Shown one piece after another: positions 49,195-58,438 of a stretch of 64,000 nt of DNA (positions are counted from its first letter, which is position 1; the number at the start of each line of letters is the position of its first letter). The notes under the pieces are model-generated. The model made no database searches. It had not been told where the DNA came from and worked only from the letters and a program-made list of their open reading frames with translations. The position numbers and the translations under genes were made by a program. Origin of the DNA: a virus. The stretch is taken from the IMG/VR virus record IMGVR_UViG_3300018080_000001, positions 32,001 through 96,000 of that record; one strand, 5' to 3'.

Positions 49195-51675
49195 CTATTC
49201 ACCTACTGCCTGAATTTCACCTTTAAGAACTGCGTCCCTAATATCTCCTTGGTCTATCATACTTCGCACGGTAATAGCCTGTACAGGCTGTTGGCTAACA
49301 AGACGTGTACTTTCCGTAGTAGGAACTCTCCTAGCCGGTGAAGGCATCCTCGGCGATTCTTGCACAGTCTGCGCAGCAGGCATACCCATTTCTTCCATGG
49401 CAGGAGTACTGGGTCTTTCTGTTATTTGTTGAAGAGGATAAGGAACCGGAGACATTCTCCCCCCCTCCTCTTCCCTTTGAAAAGACTCTTTTAAACTTTC
49501 TCTTTCCTCTTCTTCTATGATAACACCCTCTTTCCCCGGACCAAATGTATTATTCCACCAATCTGAAGTTTCTTCCATTATAGAATCTAACAGGAATCCG
49601 CGCATTCGTTGCGCTTTTACAGTTGATTCAACGGCTTCTTCCCTGGTCTGACCTAGAACAGCTTGCCTTAAAATAACAGCGGGCTCTCCCGTAAATCCTG
49701 CGCTAGGCCCAATAAAATCTGTCTTCAAAGCTTTTTTAACTGGTGCAACAATATCCTGTAACTTTCCCCCTAATTGAGTTCCTCCTAATTTCTTCGACCC
49801 TTCTGCTATGGTATCCACACCCTTTAGCAATGAATCAAATTGACCTTCCATAGCAGCGCTAATCTTATCCAGCGCTTTATTCCTTTCTTGCGCTGGCATA
49901 AACAAAGCCGAAATAGCAGCTATTAAACCTCGCCAACCTGCGATAGAAGCGCCTAATATACCTGTAAGAATCTCTAATACACCTTCACCAATCTTACTTA
50001 GACCTTCTATAAGCTGTCTCTGAGTTTTTTGCATTTCAGACATTTGCGTTCCTTCTGTCTGAAATACTTTTATCAACTTTTCTCTTTCAGCATTACCTAA
50101 TTCAGAGATTTTACGACCTTTTTCAAACTTAGCCGCTGCATCCGCAATATCCGTTGCCCCTTCATTACTAAAACCTTGTTGCTGTAAATAAAAAATTCTT
50201 TTATTCCTATCCGTACCCACCATTTCAGTAGATACACTAGAAACAGCCTCAATAGTTTTCTGCAAAAAACCTTCCGCTTTTCCCGCTGCAACCCTACGAA
50301 AACCTTCTTGAAACTGTTGTAACGTATCATAGATATCTCTACCCGGAGTTACTCTTTGCGCTACAAGTGCTCTGAAACCACCAGACATACCAGAAATACC
50401 CGCAGCAATACCACTCAGACCCCTTGCAGCCCTCTGACCAGCAAATTGCTTAGTAAGACCCATAGCCTCGTAGTGTTCCTGCAACTTACTCATTACACCT
50501 ACGACATCTTCAACATCAATTCCATACTGTGTAAGAGCTTGACTACCCGTCATTACACTGTCAACAAACCTACTAACACCCATTCCGGAGCGTTGGGCTG
50601 CAAACGTTAATCTTGTATATTTATCCGCAGCCTCATCTAATTGATCTCCGTATTCAGCAACTAATTTAATAACATTCTGGGACGAAGCCCCTGTAGCTAC
50701 ACCCCACATTTTATCCAGACCTAAAGTAACTGTCTCCACATTTGAACCAACAATACCTAAACGCTGATCAAATTTTTCCGTTAATTGATCTACTTCAAAT
50801 CCCGCATCTACAAATTGTTTAACTACCCTCTGTACTTCTTTACGCCCGATACCATAATAGTACTGTGCTTTTTCCTGAAAATCAGCAAACCAGCGAACTG
50901 CTTTATTCGTCTCCCTATCAAATATGCTATTGGTGGCAGCTTCAAATACATTAGCCACTTCACCACGTTCCGCTTGCTTTCTAACATCTTCCCGGATACC
51001 AAGAATCATCATCCCGAGAAGAGATCCTATAATACCACCTTTAATACCACCGGGAATACCACGGCCAACTGTGCCGACCATGGCGTCCTTCCCCTTTTCC
51101 AACTCTCCTCGTACTCGACCTGTAATTTCTTTCGTTAAAGCCTTCAACTGGCTTTCTGATTCTTCTACATCTTTTACCGCGTCTTTTGCACTTTTTGCAG
51201 CTCTCTCGGCTTTATCTAACGCCGCATCAGCCGTGGACTGTGCTGCTTCAGCAGCAGCCCCCGCAGTACCAGCATCCATCGCCAATGAACTAGATGGTAA
51301 AATATCGGATAAACGATCCTGAACTGTATCAGCTGTCTGCGCTCCAACACTATCCTTCAAAGTAAAACCGGAAATCTTAGTTATATTAGTAGCAATATCT
51401 TCCGCTTTTTTAGAAAACTCTTCCAAATTGCCAATAGTCAAACCCATGTGACTATTGTGCAAGTCATACATTGAATCCAATAAAGACGTGACATTTATTA
51501 CAGATTCAGATAAACCGTCAATATAACCTTTTAACTCAACTACATCAGTTTTTACACCTTTGGCCATCTCCTGAACAGCTGTACCAAAGTCTGTATAAAC
51601 CTCTTTTACATCCGAGACTTCGTTTATTAGTTCAGATAAATCAAAATTTATCACATATGACTGAGGATCAATCAT
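49195..51675 (-). CDS. Tape-measure-like protein 1
   Basis: Ala/Gly-rich helical protein directly after the tail chaperones; paralogous to the next gene. Confidence 0.75.
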   Translation of the reverse strand: MIDPQSYVINFDLSELINEVSDVKEVYTDFGTAVQEMAKGVKTDVVELKGYIDGLSESVINVTSLLDSMYDLHNSHMGLTIGNLEEFSKKAEDIATNITKISGFTLKDSVGAQTADTVQDRLSDILPSSSLAMDAGTAGAAAEAAQSTADAALDKAERAAKSAKDAVKDVEESESQLKALTKEITGRVRGELEKGKDAMVGTVGRGIPGGIKGGIIGSLLGMMILGIREDVRKQAERGEVANVFEAATNSIFDRETNKAVRWFADFQEKAQYYYGIGRKEVQRVVKQFVDAGFEVDQLTEKFDQRLGIVGSNVETVTLGLDKMWGVATGASSQNVIKLVAEYGDQLDEAADKYTRLTFAAQRSGMGVSRFVDSVMTGSQALTQYGIDVEDVVGVMSKLQEHYEAMGLTKQFAGQRAARGLSGIAAGISGMSGGFRALVAQRVTPGRDIYDTLQQFQEGFRRVAAGKAEGFLQKTIEAVSSVSTEMVGTDRNKRIFYLQQQGFSNEGATDIADAAAKFEKGRKISELGNAEREKLIKVFQTEGTQMSEMQKTQRQLIEGLSKIGEGVLEILTGILGASIAGWRGLIAAISALFMPAQERNKALDKISAAMEGQFDSLLKGVDTIAEGSKKLGGTQLGGKLQDIVAPVKKALKTDFIGPSAGFTGEPAVILRQAVLGQTREEAVESTVKAQRMRGFLLDSIMEETSDWWNNTFGPGKEGVIIEEEERESLKESFQREEEGGRMSPVPYPLQQITERPSTPAMEEMGMPAAQTVQESPRMPSPARRVPTTESTRLVSQQPVQAITVRSMIDQGDIRDAVLKGEIQAVGE

Positions 51676-52348
51676 CGATTGTTAACCTACTCCTATTTAT
51701 ATCCTTTTTTTCTTCGTCTTTCTTAAATAAATCCTCTTTATCTATTTCGTTACCATCTTCATCCACATAATCAATTTCATGTTCTCTTATATATTTAGAC
51801 TGGGGTGAATTCCAAATCGCATGTTTCCGCATCTCTTCTGGATCATCAAATAGAATATCCCCGTCATCAAATTCTTCCACGACTTCTAAGTCCTCCAAAG
51901 AATCTATTTCAACGGGTTTAATTTTTGCTTCTTCCTGTGCTTGAAATTCTTGGAATTTCTCCCCTACATCCTTCACCCATTCTCTTCTACCCACTATTAA
52001 AGACAATGGTATAAACTCGTCATCATCAGTCCTTCTCAAAAGACCATCATCGCCTTCAACCGGAACAATATCCAGTCCATAAATATGAAGTAAAGTCTTT
52101 TTCAAAGCCTTCATAAAAAACCGATAATCCTCGTACTTATTTTCCTCCTCAAATCTAGCGCTCTCGTACTCGAATAACCAACGGGTAGAATTCATCCGAT
52201 CCACAGAAGGATCACTTATTAATATGTTCTTCCGGGCTAATACCCTTGATTTTATATGTAATTGATTCCTTATTGTTCTCCAGTAGGGGAAGGATCGGTC
52301 GAATTCGGATTCTCTTCCTTCTCCGAACCTTCCCCTGATGAGTTTTTT
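51668..52348 (-). CDS. Tail assembly chaperone, -1 frame extension (gpT-like; fusion of about 375 aa)
   Basis: The -1 frame is open from the slippery site A AAA AAC (52348-52342) into ORF 51668..52204. Confidence 0.75.
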   Translation of the reverse strand, partial: KKLIRGRFGEGRESEFDRSFPYWRTIRNQLHIKSRVLARKNILISDPSVDRMNSTRWLFEYESARFEEENKYEDYRFFMKALKKTLLHIYGLDIVPVEGDDGLLRRTDDDEFIPLSLIVGRREWVKDVGEKFQEFQAQEEAKIKPVEIDSLEDLEVVEEFDDGDILFDDPEEMRKHAIWNSPQSKYIREHEIDYVDEDGNEIDKEDLFKKDEEKKDINRSRLTIDD

Positions 52349-52794
52349 GCTGCTACTTGCGCCGCATCCCTGCGAGAACTAAGCGCATTATAAAAATCCT
52401 CAAGTTCTTGTACGAACGTAGGCGGACGTTCCGCTAACCATTCCATGAGATGCTCAGCCGCAAAATACTTTTTTGCGTACTTATTTTTAGATTCGTAACT
52501 ACGTCTAGAATCTTCATCCAAATCCAACCACTTTTGATCAAATAATTTATTTTCGACAGATGATCCATCTATCTCCCTGATGGACATAGCCAATGTAGGA
52601 AGACGCAAAGTTCTAGTGGCAGTCGCTACATTCGAAGGATCGATGAACCGAATACTCCAATTAAGTTCCTCTTCGGTAAGTAATCGAATAAGAAACTTAT
52701 GCTGATCCTTTATAAATATGTCCTGAAGTTCCTTGCCATCTAGTTCTTCAGCCAAATCGGTTAACACACGGAGGGGGTCTGTCTCGACGGACAT
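52270..52794 (-). CDS. Tail assembly chaperone (gpG-like)
   Basis: Lies between the tube and tape-measure genes; RLLT.EE and LAMSIREIDG. Confidence 0.75.
   Translation of the reverse strand: MSVETDPLRVLTDLAEELDGKELQDIFIKDQHKFLIRLLTEEELNWSIRFIDPSNVATATRTLRLPTLAMSIREIDGSSVENKLFDQKWLDLDEDSRRSYESKNKYAKKYFAAEHLMEWLAERPPTFVQELEDFYNALSSRRDAAQVAAKNSSGEGSEKEENPNSTDPSPTGEQ
52285..52348 (-). promoter_or_regulatory. Programmed -1 frameshift signal: A AAA AAC plus a 3' stem-loop
   Basis: In-frame heptamer; 5 nt downstream, AGGGGAAGG pairs with CCTTCCCCT, with an inner TTCGGA/TCCGAA stem. Confidence 0.8.
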
Positions 52795-52851
52795 GAGCTT
52801 TCGCTCCTTTCTCTCGTATACTACGAGGTACTAATTGTAAACTTCCACTCC

Positions 52852-53298
52852 TTAGAAGTAATCTTTTCTCACATAATCAATTGCGGCATTGACCCTAACA
52901 ACTTTATCCCCATCAGCTGGAAGATTTCTTCCAAGAGATGTAAACCAACAACCAGAATACACAATAATAGCGGTAGAACCATCTGGATTTGCCCACGTTT
53001 CTTTAATACTAAGAGGGTTAGTTTGATCCGTTAACATAGTGAGATCAAAATTAATACCCCATGCCTGCTCCATACGTTTATTAAAAAGATCAACTCTATT
53101 AACATTAATAGTAGTTCCTGTGATATTCATAGGAACTCGTTCATAAATCTCACCCGCAGTAGCAGAATTCAATTCATATACTGGTGTAGTTGGTCTGGCT
53201 TCGTTCGGAGCCCAACTTTGTATCAGACCCACAGTTATACCATTAACCCGGATAGTAACTGCATGACTAGATCTAACTGATGTGTTTGGAACTGGCAT
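52852..53298 (-). CDS. Tail tube protein
   Basis: 148 aa directly after the sheath; VG.IQS....R....YE...E.VP and Y.GCWF. Confidence 0.85.
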   Translation of the reverse strand: MPVPNTSVRSSHAVTIRVNGITVGLIQSWAPNEARPTTPVYELNSATAGEIYERVPMNITGTTINVNRVDLFNKRMEQAWGINFDLTMLTDQTNPLSIKETWANPDGSTAIIVYSGCWFTSLGRNLPADGDKVVRVNAAIDYVRKDYF

Positions 53299-53345
53299 TT
53301 ATCTTACCACCTTTTAATTTGTAGTATCTCCGTTCTCCTGCTCAA

Positions 53346-55805
53346 TTACTCTGAGCTAGAGAAAAACGGGTTGTCAACACTGTACTCACCGAAGAACCTC
53401 TTAGCCGGATACTTCAGGTAATACCAATACTTAAATGTGAATGTCCGTGGATCTGTACTCTGCGCTACCCGAATATCAGTCTGCGGATTAAGCCGTCTAC
53501 TTGTACCATCCGCATTTCTATACGGTCCAATTACTCCGGATTCTATATTCGCTTCAATCCCATTTTTAATCCAGGACTTAATATCACTGACAAAATCAGC
53601 CAAATCATCAGGAACAACGCCGCGAACATTATTATCCAGTAAATTATTAATCGTAGAAGTCAGAACATCATTAGCCGCACTAGATTGAGGTTCCTCAAAA
53701 GATACAACTCCAGCACCCCCAGCCTCAGTAGTAAGGGGGTCCAGCATCACAGCACGACCACCCGTCATTGTAATAACATTCACGCCACTATCAGCGAGAG
53801 TATGTCTCTCAGCATCCAAATATGTTTCAAAGTTCTCAATCTCAAATCCAACAATAGTATCACCCACCATAGCGTCTGAAGGATTATCCAACGAAGCAAA
53901 ATGTGCGGCAACAGCTACGGACAAGTATGATCCATCTACTTCTATGGTAACTTCCCTATCATCCTCTAGAGTAAGAATTCTATCCGCCTCTGTAGGAGCT
54001 TGCAAAATCTGCCTGCCTCTACCGGGAGAGGTGTTACCGGGCTGGAGGGTGACTGTAGACCGATAAACTAAAGTATCGGGAGTATCAGGATCTCCAATAT
54101 CAGAGCCCCTAGCCATCCCGTACCAGCCCCGGCGCGGTTTCTTCTCATAGAGAGAAGACATATCAGAAACATGCTCTTGCAGATATACGGCAGAATCCAA
54201 AGAAGTATCAATAACTATAACCTCAGTAATTGAACTGCTCTGCTCACAAACATCAATTGCAGCTCTAATTTGTGCGGTACTTGGTGTACCAGGAACTGTC
54301 GTATCATCTATCTGTATGAGATAAATAGAAGAAGCATCATTCTCAAATGCAATTTCTCCGGCGATGCAAAGCTTATTCCGTGTATAATTATCAATAGTCA
54401 ACGGAGAAGTATACTCATAAAGCTGCGTTGGATTATAAACCCTATGTGGTTCTGTATAATCTGTAGAAGCTCTCGTATGATCGTAAGTTACATAATAAGT
54501 CGTAGCGAATGCAGGTCTACTACCAGTTCCCAAGGTTTCGTATGGAAGGCTAGAAGCCGGAATACCAAACAGGGTGGTAAAAGCATTGTTAGCCACGGTA
54601 AAAAACTGAACTGAAGAAGAATTCCCCTTAGCCGTAGGGTAATTCTCAAATGGATCAGGAGTCGTAACAGCTAGTGTCGTACCACCCACAACATAAGCAC
54701 AGTGGGAGAACTGAGGGCCATAATTAGTACTGGCATTAAGAGCAAGATTAATGTCTTCCGCCACTTGAGCAGCCGTCTGAGCACCACCAGCAGTTAATGT
54801 AACCGTAAGCTGCGCTCCATCATTAATAGACATCAAAAGAGCATCGTTAGTAGCTAATACAATAGCATAGGGTCCGGCAATACCAGTAAGATTTGCTTCG
54901 GCTGAAGAAGTAGTTACCCAATCAACAGTATTACCTGTTTTTTCATAATCTGAATTCTTTGTATAGGACACAGCACCAGGATACGCACCAACATAGGTAA
55001 TACTACTCAAGGGCGTAGTTGCTGTAGCTGAAGTAAGAGGATCTACAACAGTATCCACTGTAACATAATCAATTGTATATGTAGTACTAGAATTATAAAC
55101 AGCATCCGTAACCCTAACCACAGTAGGTGCCTGATAACCAATAGCAGCGGTAGGAACCCACGCCGCATTAGAGATGGTAGAAGCTGCATCCGCATAAGTA
55201 GCAGCTAAATCCTGATACGATAGAAAAACTTTAACATCCGAGGCAGAAGTTGTAATAGGGGATGTAATCACAAGCGTATCATTTGCTACCGCACCTGTAA
55301 TAGTTGTAGCAACTGCATTATATGCAGTACCATATGCAGGATCAGCAGCAAGAGCCGTGTTAATATCCGTGGCAATAGTTGTAATCGGGGTAGCAGCACC
55401 AGAAGTAAGGGTAATAGTTAATACCTTTTTACCATCCAAAGAAATAGTAAATTTAGTATTAGTTGTAGTGTTAGCAGTAGCACCCGCAACAGCATTACCC
55501 GTAATAGTAGCCGCAACAAAACTCCAATCACCCAAACCCATGGCGTTAGCGTTTGCATATAGAACAGAGTTGTTTCGGCTTCTGTCGCAAGTATTCGTAA
55601 GAGTGGCAGTATGCGGAGAAACGGCGGCCACAGTTAACGTTTCATCGTAAACCTTACCCCTGATTACAGCCTCACTAGTTACTCGGCGTGTACGGGGAGC
55701 TATCGCCACAATAGCCGGTGTTCTTTCAGACGTTACTGAAACAGAACCAGGCTCATTTACCTGTTGTATATAACTACCAGGATCTACATAACCAACAGCT
55801 ACCAT
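53346..55805 (-). CDS. Contractile tail sheath protein
   Basis: N-terminal Y..PG.Y; C-terminal L...GV.VI......LTT and Y...YP.K; inserted beta domains. Confidence 0.88.
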   Translation of the reverse strand: MVAVGYVDPGSYIQQVNEPGSVSVTSERTPAIVAIAPRTRRVTSEAVIRGKVYDETLTVAAVSPHTATLTNTCDRSRNNSVLYANANAMGLGDWSFVAATITGNAVAGATANTTTNTKFTISLDGKKVLTITLTSGAATPITTIATDINTALAADPAYGTAYNAVATTITGAVANDTLVITSPITTSASDVKVFLSYQDLAATYADAASTISNAAWVPTAAIGYQAPTVVRVTDAVYNSSTTYTIDYVTVDTVVDPLTSATATTPLSSITYVGAYPGAVSYTKNSDYEKTGNTVDWVTTSSAEANLTGIAGPYAIVLATNDALLMSINDGAQLTVTLTAGGAQTAAQVAEDINLALNASTNYGPQFSHCAYVVGGTTLAVTTPDPFENYPTAKGNSSSVQFFTVANNAFTTLFGIPASSLPYETLGTGSRPAFATTYYVTYDHTRASTDYTEPHRVYNPTQLYEYTSPLTIDNYTRNKLCIAGEIAFENDASSIYLIQIDDTTVPGTPSTAQIRAAIDVCEQSSSITEVIVIDTSLDSAVYLQEHVSDMSSLYEKKPRRGWYGMARGSDIGDPDTPDTLVYRSTVTLQPGNTSPGRGRQILQAPTEADRILTLEDDREVTIEVDGSYLSVAVAAHFASLDNPSDAMVGDTIVGFEIENFETYLDAERHTLADSGVNVITMTGGRAVMLDPLTTEAGGAGVVSFEEPQSSAANDVLTSTINNLLDNNVRGVVPDDLADFVSDIKSWIKNGIEANIESGVIGPYRNADGTSRRLNPQTDIRVAQSTDPRTFTFKYWYYLKYPAKRFFGEYSVDNPFFSSSE

Positions 55806-55951
55806 GTCTATTTTCTCCTGTTTGATAGGACATTAATAAACTTAAATATATCGAGAGAGTATTTCATACGACTCCGCTTATAAAGCGCCCAAATTCATTT
55901 TATTTTATCTTGTTATTTGTAGGGATTTTTAAAGATATAGAACAGATCGGT

Positions 55952-57124
55952 TTATCTAGGTAATTTATTATTATATTTTATCCAGTCCTTACCAAAATAG
56001 TCACCATTAGGAATTTCATTATATAATTCAGGTCTTACGTTATCTCGCTCTAAGAAAACAGGGGGAGTAACTAAATCTCTATCTATATAGTCGGCGGCAA
56101 AAACAGGTATAGATCCTCTTCTAGCATATATATAATCATAAGTTTCTCCACCATATCTTGTAGTATTCAACTCGGCAGACCAGTTAAATTGACTCTGAAA
56201 AATTATATGAAACCATTCCGCAGGGTCTAAGCCTCTTTCTTGGTAGGAGCGTCCTATAAATTGAAATCGTCGCTTTTCCATATAAAAAGTAAAAAAATTA
56301 TATACTAAATCTGCTAACTCTGTTCTTGTATTTAAATCATCAGTGACAATATCCACACTCACAGTCATATCACCACAAGAAACGTATCTATTCTTAGGTG
56401 GATTATCTGTATTCAAATAAGTATCAGAATCGCCTATAACAAAACCCAAAGTATTTAAACAATCTGTATCACCACCAGTTATTTCAATATAATTTGGAGA
56501 AGTTAATCCACAAGGACCACCTGTAGAAATTCTTATCTTATCATCACTCGTAGGCTCTAAATTATAGTATAAAGCTTGTGTCCTGTTAATAGCGCTACAT
56601 AACTCTGCCGTTGTAACTGCTGTCATACTACTAAATAAAGACGCATCAAAAGTTATAGTGGACGTTGTTTCACTATCAGACGCTCCACCAGGCCATGTTT
56701 TGAACTCAAGTGTCCAACCATCTGTTAAATCATATGGACCTTCAATACTACTTATAATAGAAGGCGCGTACTGAACATGAGTTACGAAACTATCCCCTAT
56801 ACCCAGTTTTCTCTCGCGAAGAATGGTAGAAGTTATAGCCACCATCGGAAATTCATCCGGAGTATCTGCATAAGCCATAACTAAATCAACAGAATTTTCT
56901 AAATTGGATTCATTTCCCGTAGCACCAATGGCAAACTTTTGTATATTTGGTGTTTCTGTTATTTTTGTATTGGCATCAGCTACTTTATAATCAAAGAATT
57001 TTTTTAACTCAGAAGCAAAAGCATCTTTAGTCGTTTCTACTAATTGACCAAAACGGGGTGGATCAGTAGAATCATAAGGCTGTGTAGGAACATATTTACG
57101 ATCTGCTAAATTTTCAGTTGACAT
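55952..57124 (-). CDS. Tail terminator/completion protein
   Basis: FPMVAIT and D.TVSVDI..DD...R.ELAD; upstream of the sheath. Confidence 0.6.
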   Translation of the reverse strand: MSTENLADRKYVPTQPYDSTDPPRFGQLVETTKDAFASELKKFFDYKVADANTKITETPNIQKFAIGATGNESNLENSVDLVMAYADTPDEFPMVAITSTILRERKLGIGDSFVTHVQYAPSIISSIEGPYDLTDGWTLEFKTWPGGASDSETTSTITFDASLFSSMTAVTTAELCSAINRTQALYYNLEPTSDDKIRISTGGPCGLTSPNYIEITGGDTDCLNTLGFVIGDSDTYLNTDNPPKNRYVSCGDMTVSVDIVTDDLNTRTELADLVYNFFTFYMEKRRFQFIGRSYQERGLDPAEWFHIIFQSQFNWSAELNTTRYGGETYDYIYARRGSIPVFAADYIDRDLVTPPVFLERDNVRPELYNEIPNGDYFGKDWIKYNNKLPR

Positions 57125-57127
57125 CTA

Positions 57128-57574
57128 TTAATCTTCCTCAGTTTCACCCAATGCTTTTAAACCTTCTTCTTCCATTTTTTTAAGTCTAGTATAATAATCG
57201 GGTATCTCATTTAAATGATCCAAGGAGATGCGTCGAGAAGTTTCCATATCATCTGTATGCTCGTATTCAACTTCTACCCCCATTGCTAACTCTTTAGGAT
57301 CTACTTCATCTAGCCCAATACCAACTTCATTAGCCCGTCCTGTAGTCAAAAAAATAACATATAATGTAGCCAATTCATAAATGTACTGTTCTATTTTGTC
57401 TACATCATACCCTTCTTCTTCACACCAATCGTGTACCTGATCATCCGTAGGATTAGGGTTATCTTTAATAAATTCTATAATATCTCCGCGTACTTTATCA
57501 TCAGATTTTTGCTGACCATAAAGAGATTTATAAATACGATGAAAACCTTGGTCCCTAATAGTTTTCATTACCAT
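57128..57574 (-). CDS. DUF5661-like protein with the shared N-terminal leader
   Basis: ELAMGVEVEYEHT....I.LDHL.EIPDYYTRLKKME; leader TIRDQGFHRIYKSLYGQ. Confidence 0.7.
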   Translation of the reverse strand: MVMKTIRDQGFHRIYKSLYGQQKSDDKVRGDIIEFIKDNPNPTDDQVHDWCEEEGYDVDKIEQYIYELATLYVIFLTTGRANEVGIGLDEVDPKELAMGVEVEYEHTDDMETSRRISLDHLNEIPDYYTRLKKMEEEGLKALGETEED

Positions 57575-57586
57575 TATACTCCACCA

Positions 57587-58039
57587 TCACGTTTGATAAA
57601 TTTCATCGTCATCAATAAATAAATCAACTGTACCAAATTTATCAGCAGCCGCACTCAAAGCATCTCCAAAATCACCCCAATCACCATCCCAAAAACCCGC
57701 TCCATGCCCATTTCTAGTTAACCAAAAATCGTGTCCTGCTCTAGCTTCATCATTTCCCGTAACTTCATATGCTTGAGAAAGGAGTTCCTCATTTTCCAAC
57801 TGAAATTTAGAACAATCTTCTCGCATCTTATCAATAGTTTCACGATTTATATCATCTATACTATAATTTTCATCCAAAGGAACACCACCACTTGGATCAG
57901 ACTCATCATTTGTCGACCACAAGGCTGTTTCCATATATTGTTGAGTAAACTCATCAATTTCCGGAATAACATAACCTTGTGCTACCTTAAGAACTCTATT
58001 AATTCTACCCATACCTGCATCTGAAATACCGCGTTTCAT
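57587..58039 (-). CDS. Acidic phage protein with the shared leader
   Basis: Leader GISDAGMGRINRVLKVAQ; core Y..TALWS...AGHDFWLTRNGHGAGFWDG. Confidence 0.75.
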   Translation of the reverse strand: MKRGISDAGMGRINRVLKVAQGYVIPEIDEFTQQYMETALWSTNDESDPSGGVPLDENYSIDDINRETIDKMREDCSKFQLENEELLSQAYEVTGNDEARAGHDFWLTRNGHGAGFWDGDWGDFGDALSAAADKFGTVDLFIDDDEIYQT

Positions 58040-58040
58040 T

Positions 58041-58427
58041 TCATTCCTCCAATCTCTTTAGCATCTGCGATAATGCATCTTGTTTATCATAAGGCCACAC
58101 CCAAACTAAGTTATTATCCGCATCCAAAGTACTAAAATTAATATCAAAATAATCTAAGCCCATTTCCAATAGCTGTCCGGCCCTCATTGGCTCTACAACA
58201 ATATCCCTTTGCAATCTTGATCTCAAATCTTCTGCCGTATCCGAATCAGGAACAAAGTATACTTCTCTTTCCCCATTAGGACCTGTTACTATGACTGAAA
58301 AACCTTCAGTATCTTCTATACTACCCGCAGATTCTTCCGATAATGATTGACCTTTTACAATTTTAGCCAACCTTTTAAAATCATTGGAAAATGCTTCCCC
58401 GAAACTTGTGTTCACGCTTCTCCCCAT
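58041..58427 (-). CDS. Acidic hypothetical protein with a degenerate leader (start MGRSVNT)
   Basis: AAAGGAAG RBS before ATG 58427; FSNDFKRLAKIVKGQ. Confidence 0.65.
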   Translation of the reverse strand: MGRSVNTSFGEAFSNDFKRLAKIVKGQSLSEESAGSIEDTEGFSVIVTGPNGEREVYFVPDSDTAEDLRSRLQRDIVVEPMRAGQLLEMGLDYFDINFSTLDADNNLVWVWPYDKQDALSQMLKRLEE

Positions 58428-58438
58428 TTTTCTTCCTT

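Noticed and set aside
55806-55951. Structured RNA or tRNA upstream of the sheath gene
   Set aside because: Only short, weak hairpins and no cloverleaf. It is probably a late promoter/UTR, but no motif could be supported.
39222-57124. Bacterial contractile injection system or tailocin rather than a phage
   Set aside because: The tail genes are contiguous with neck genes, lysis genes and a complete phage replication module.
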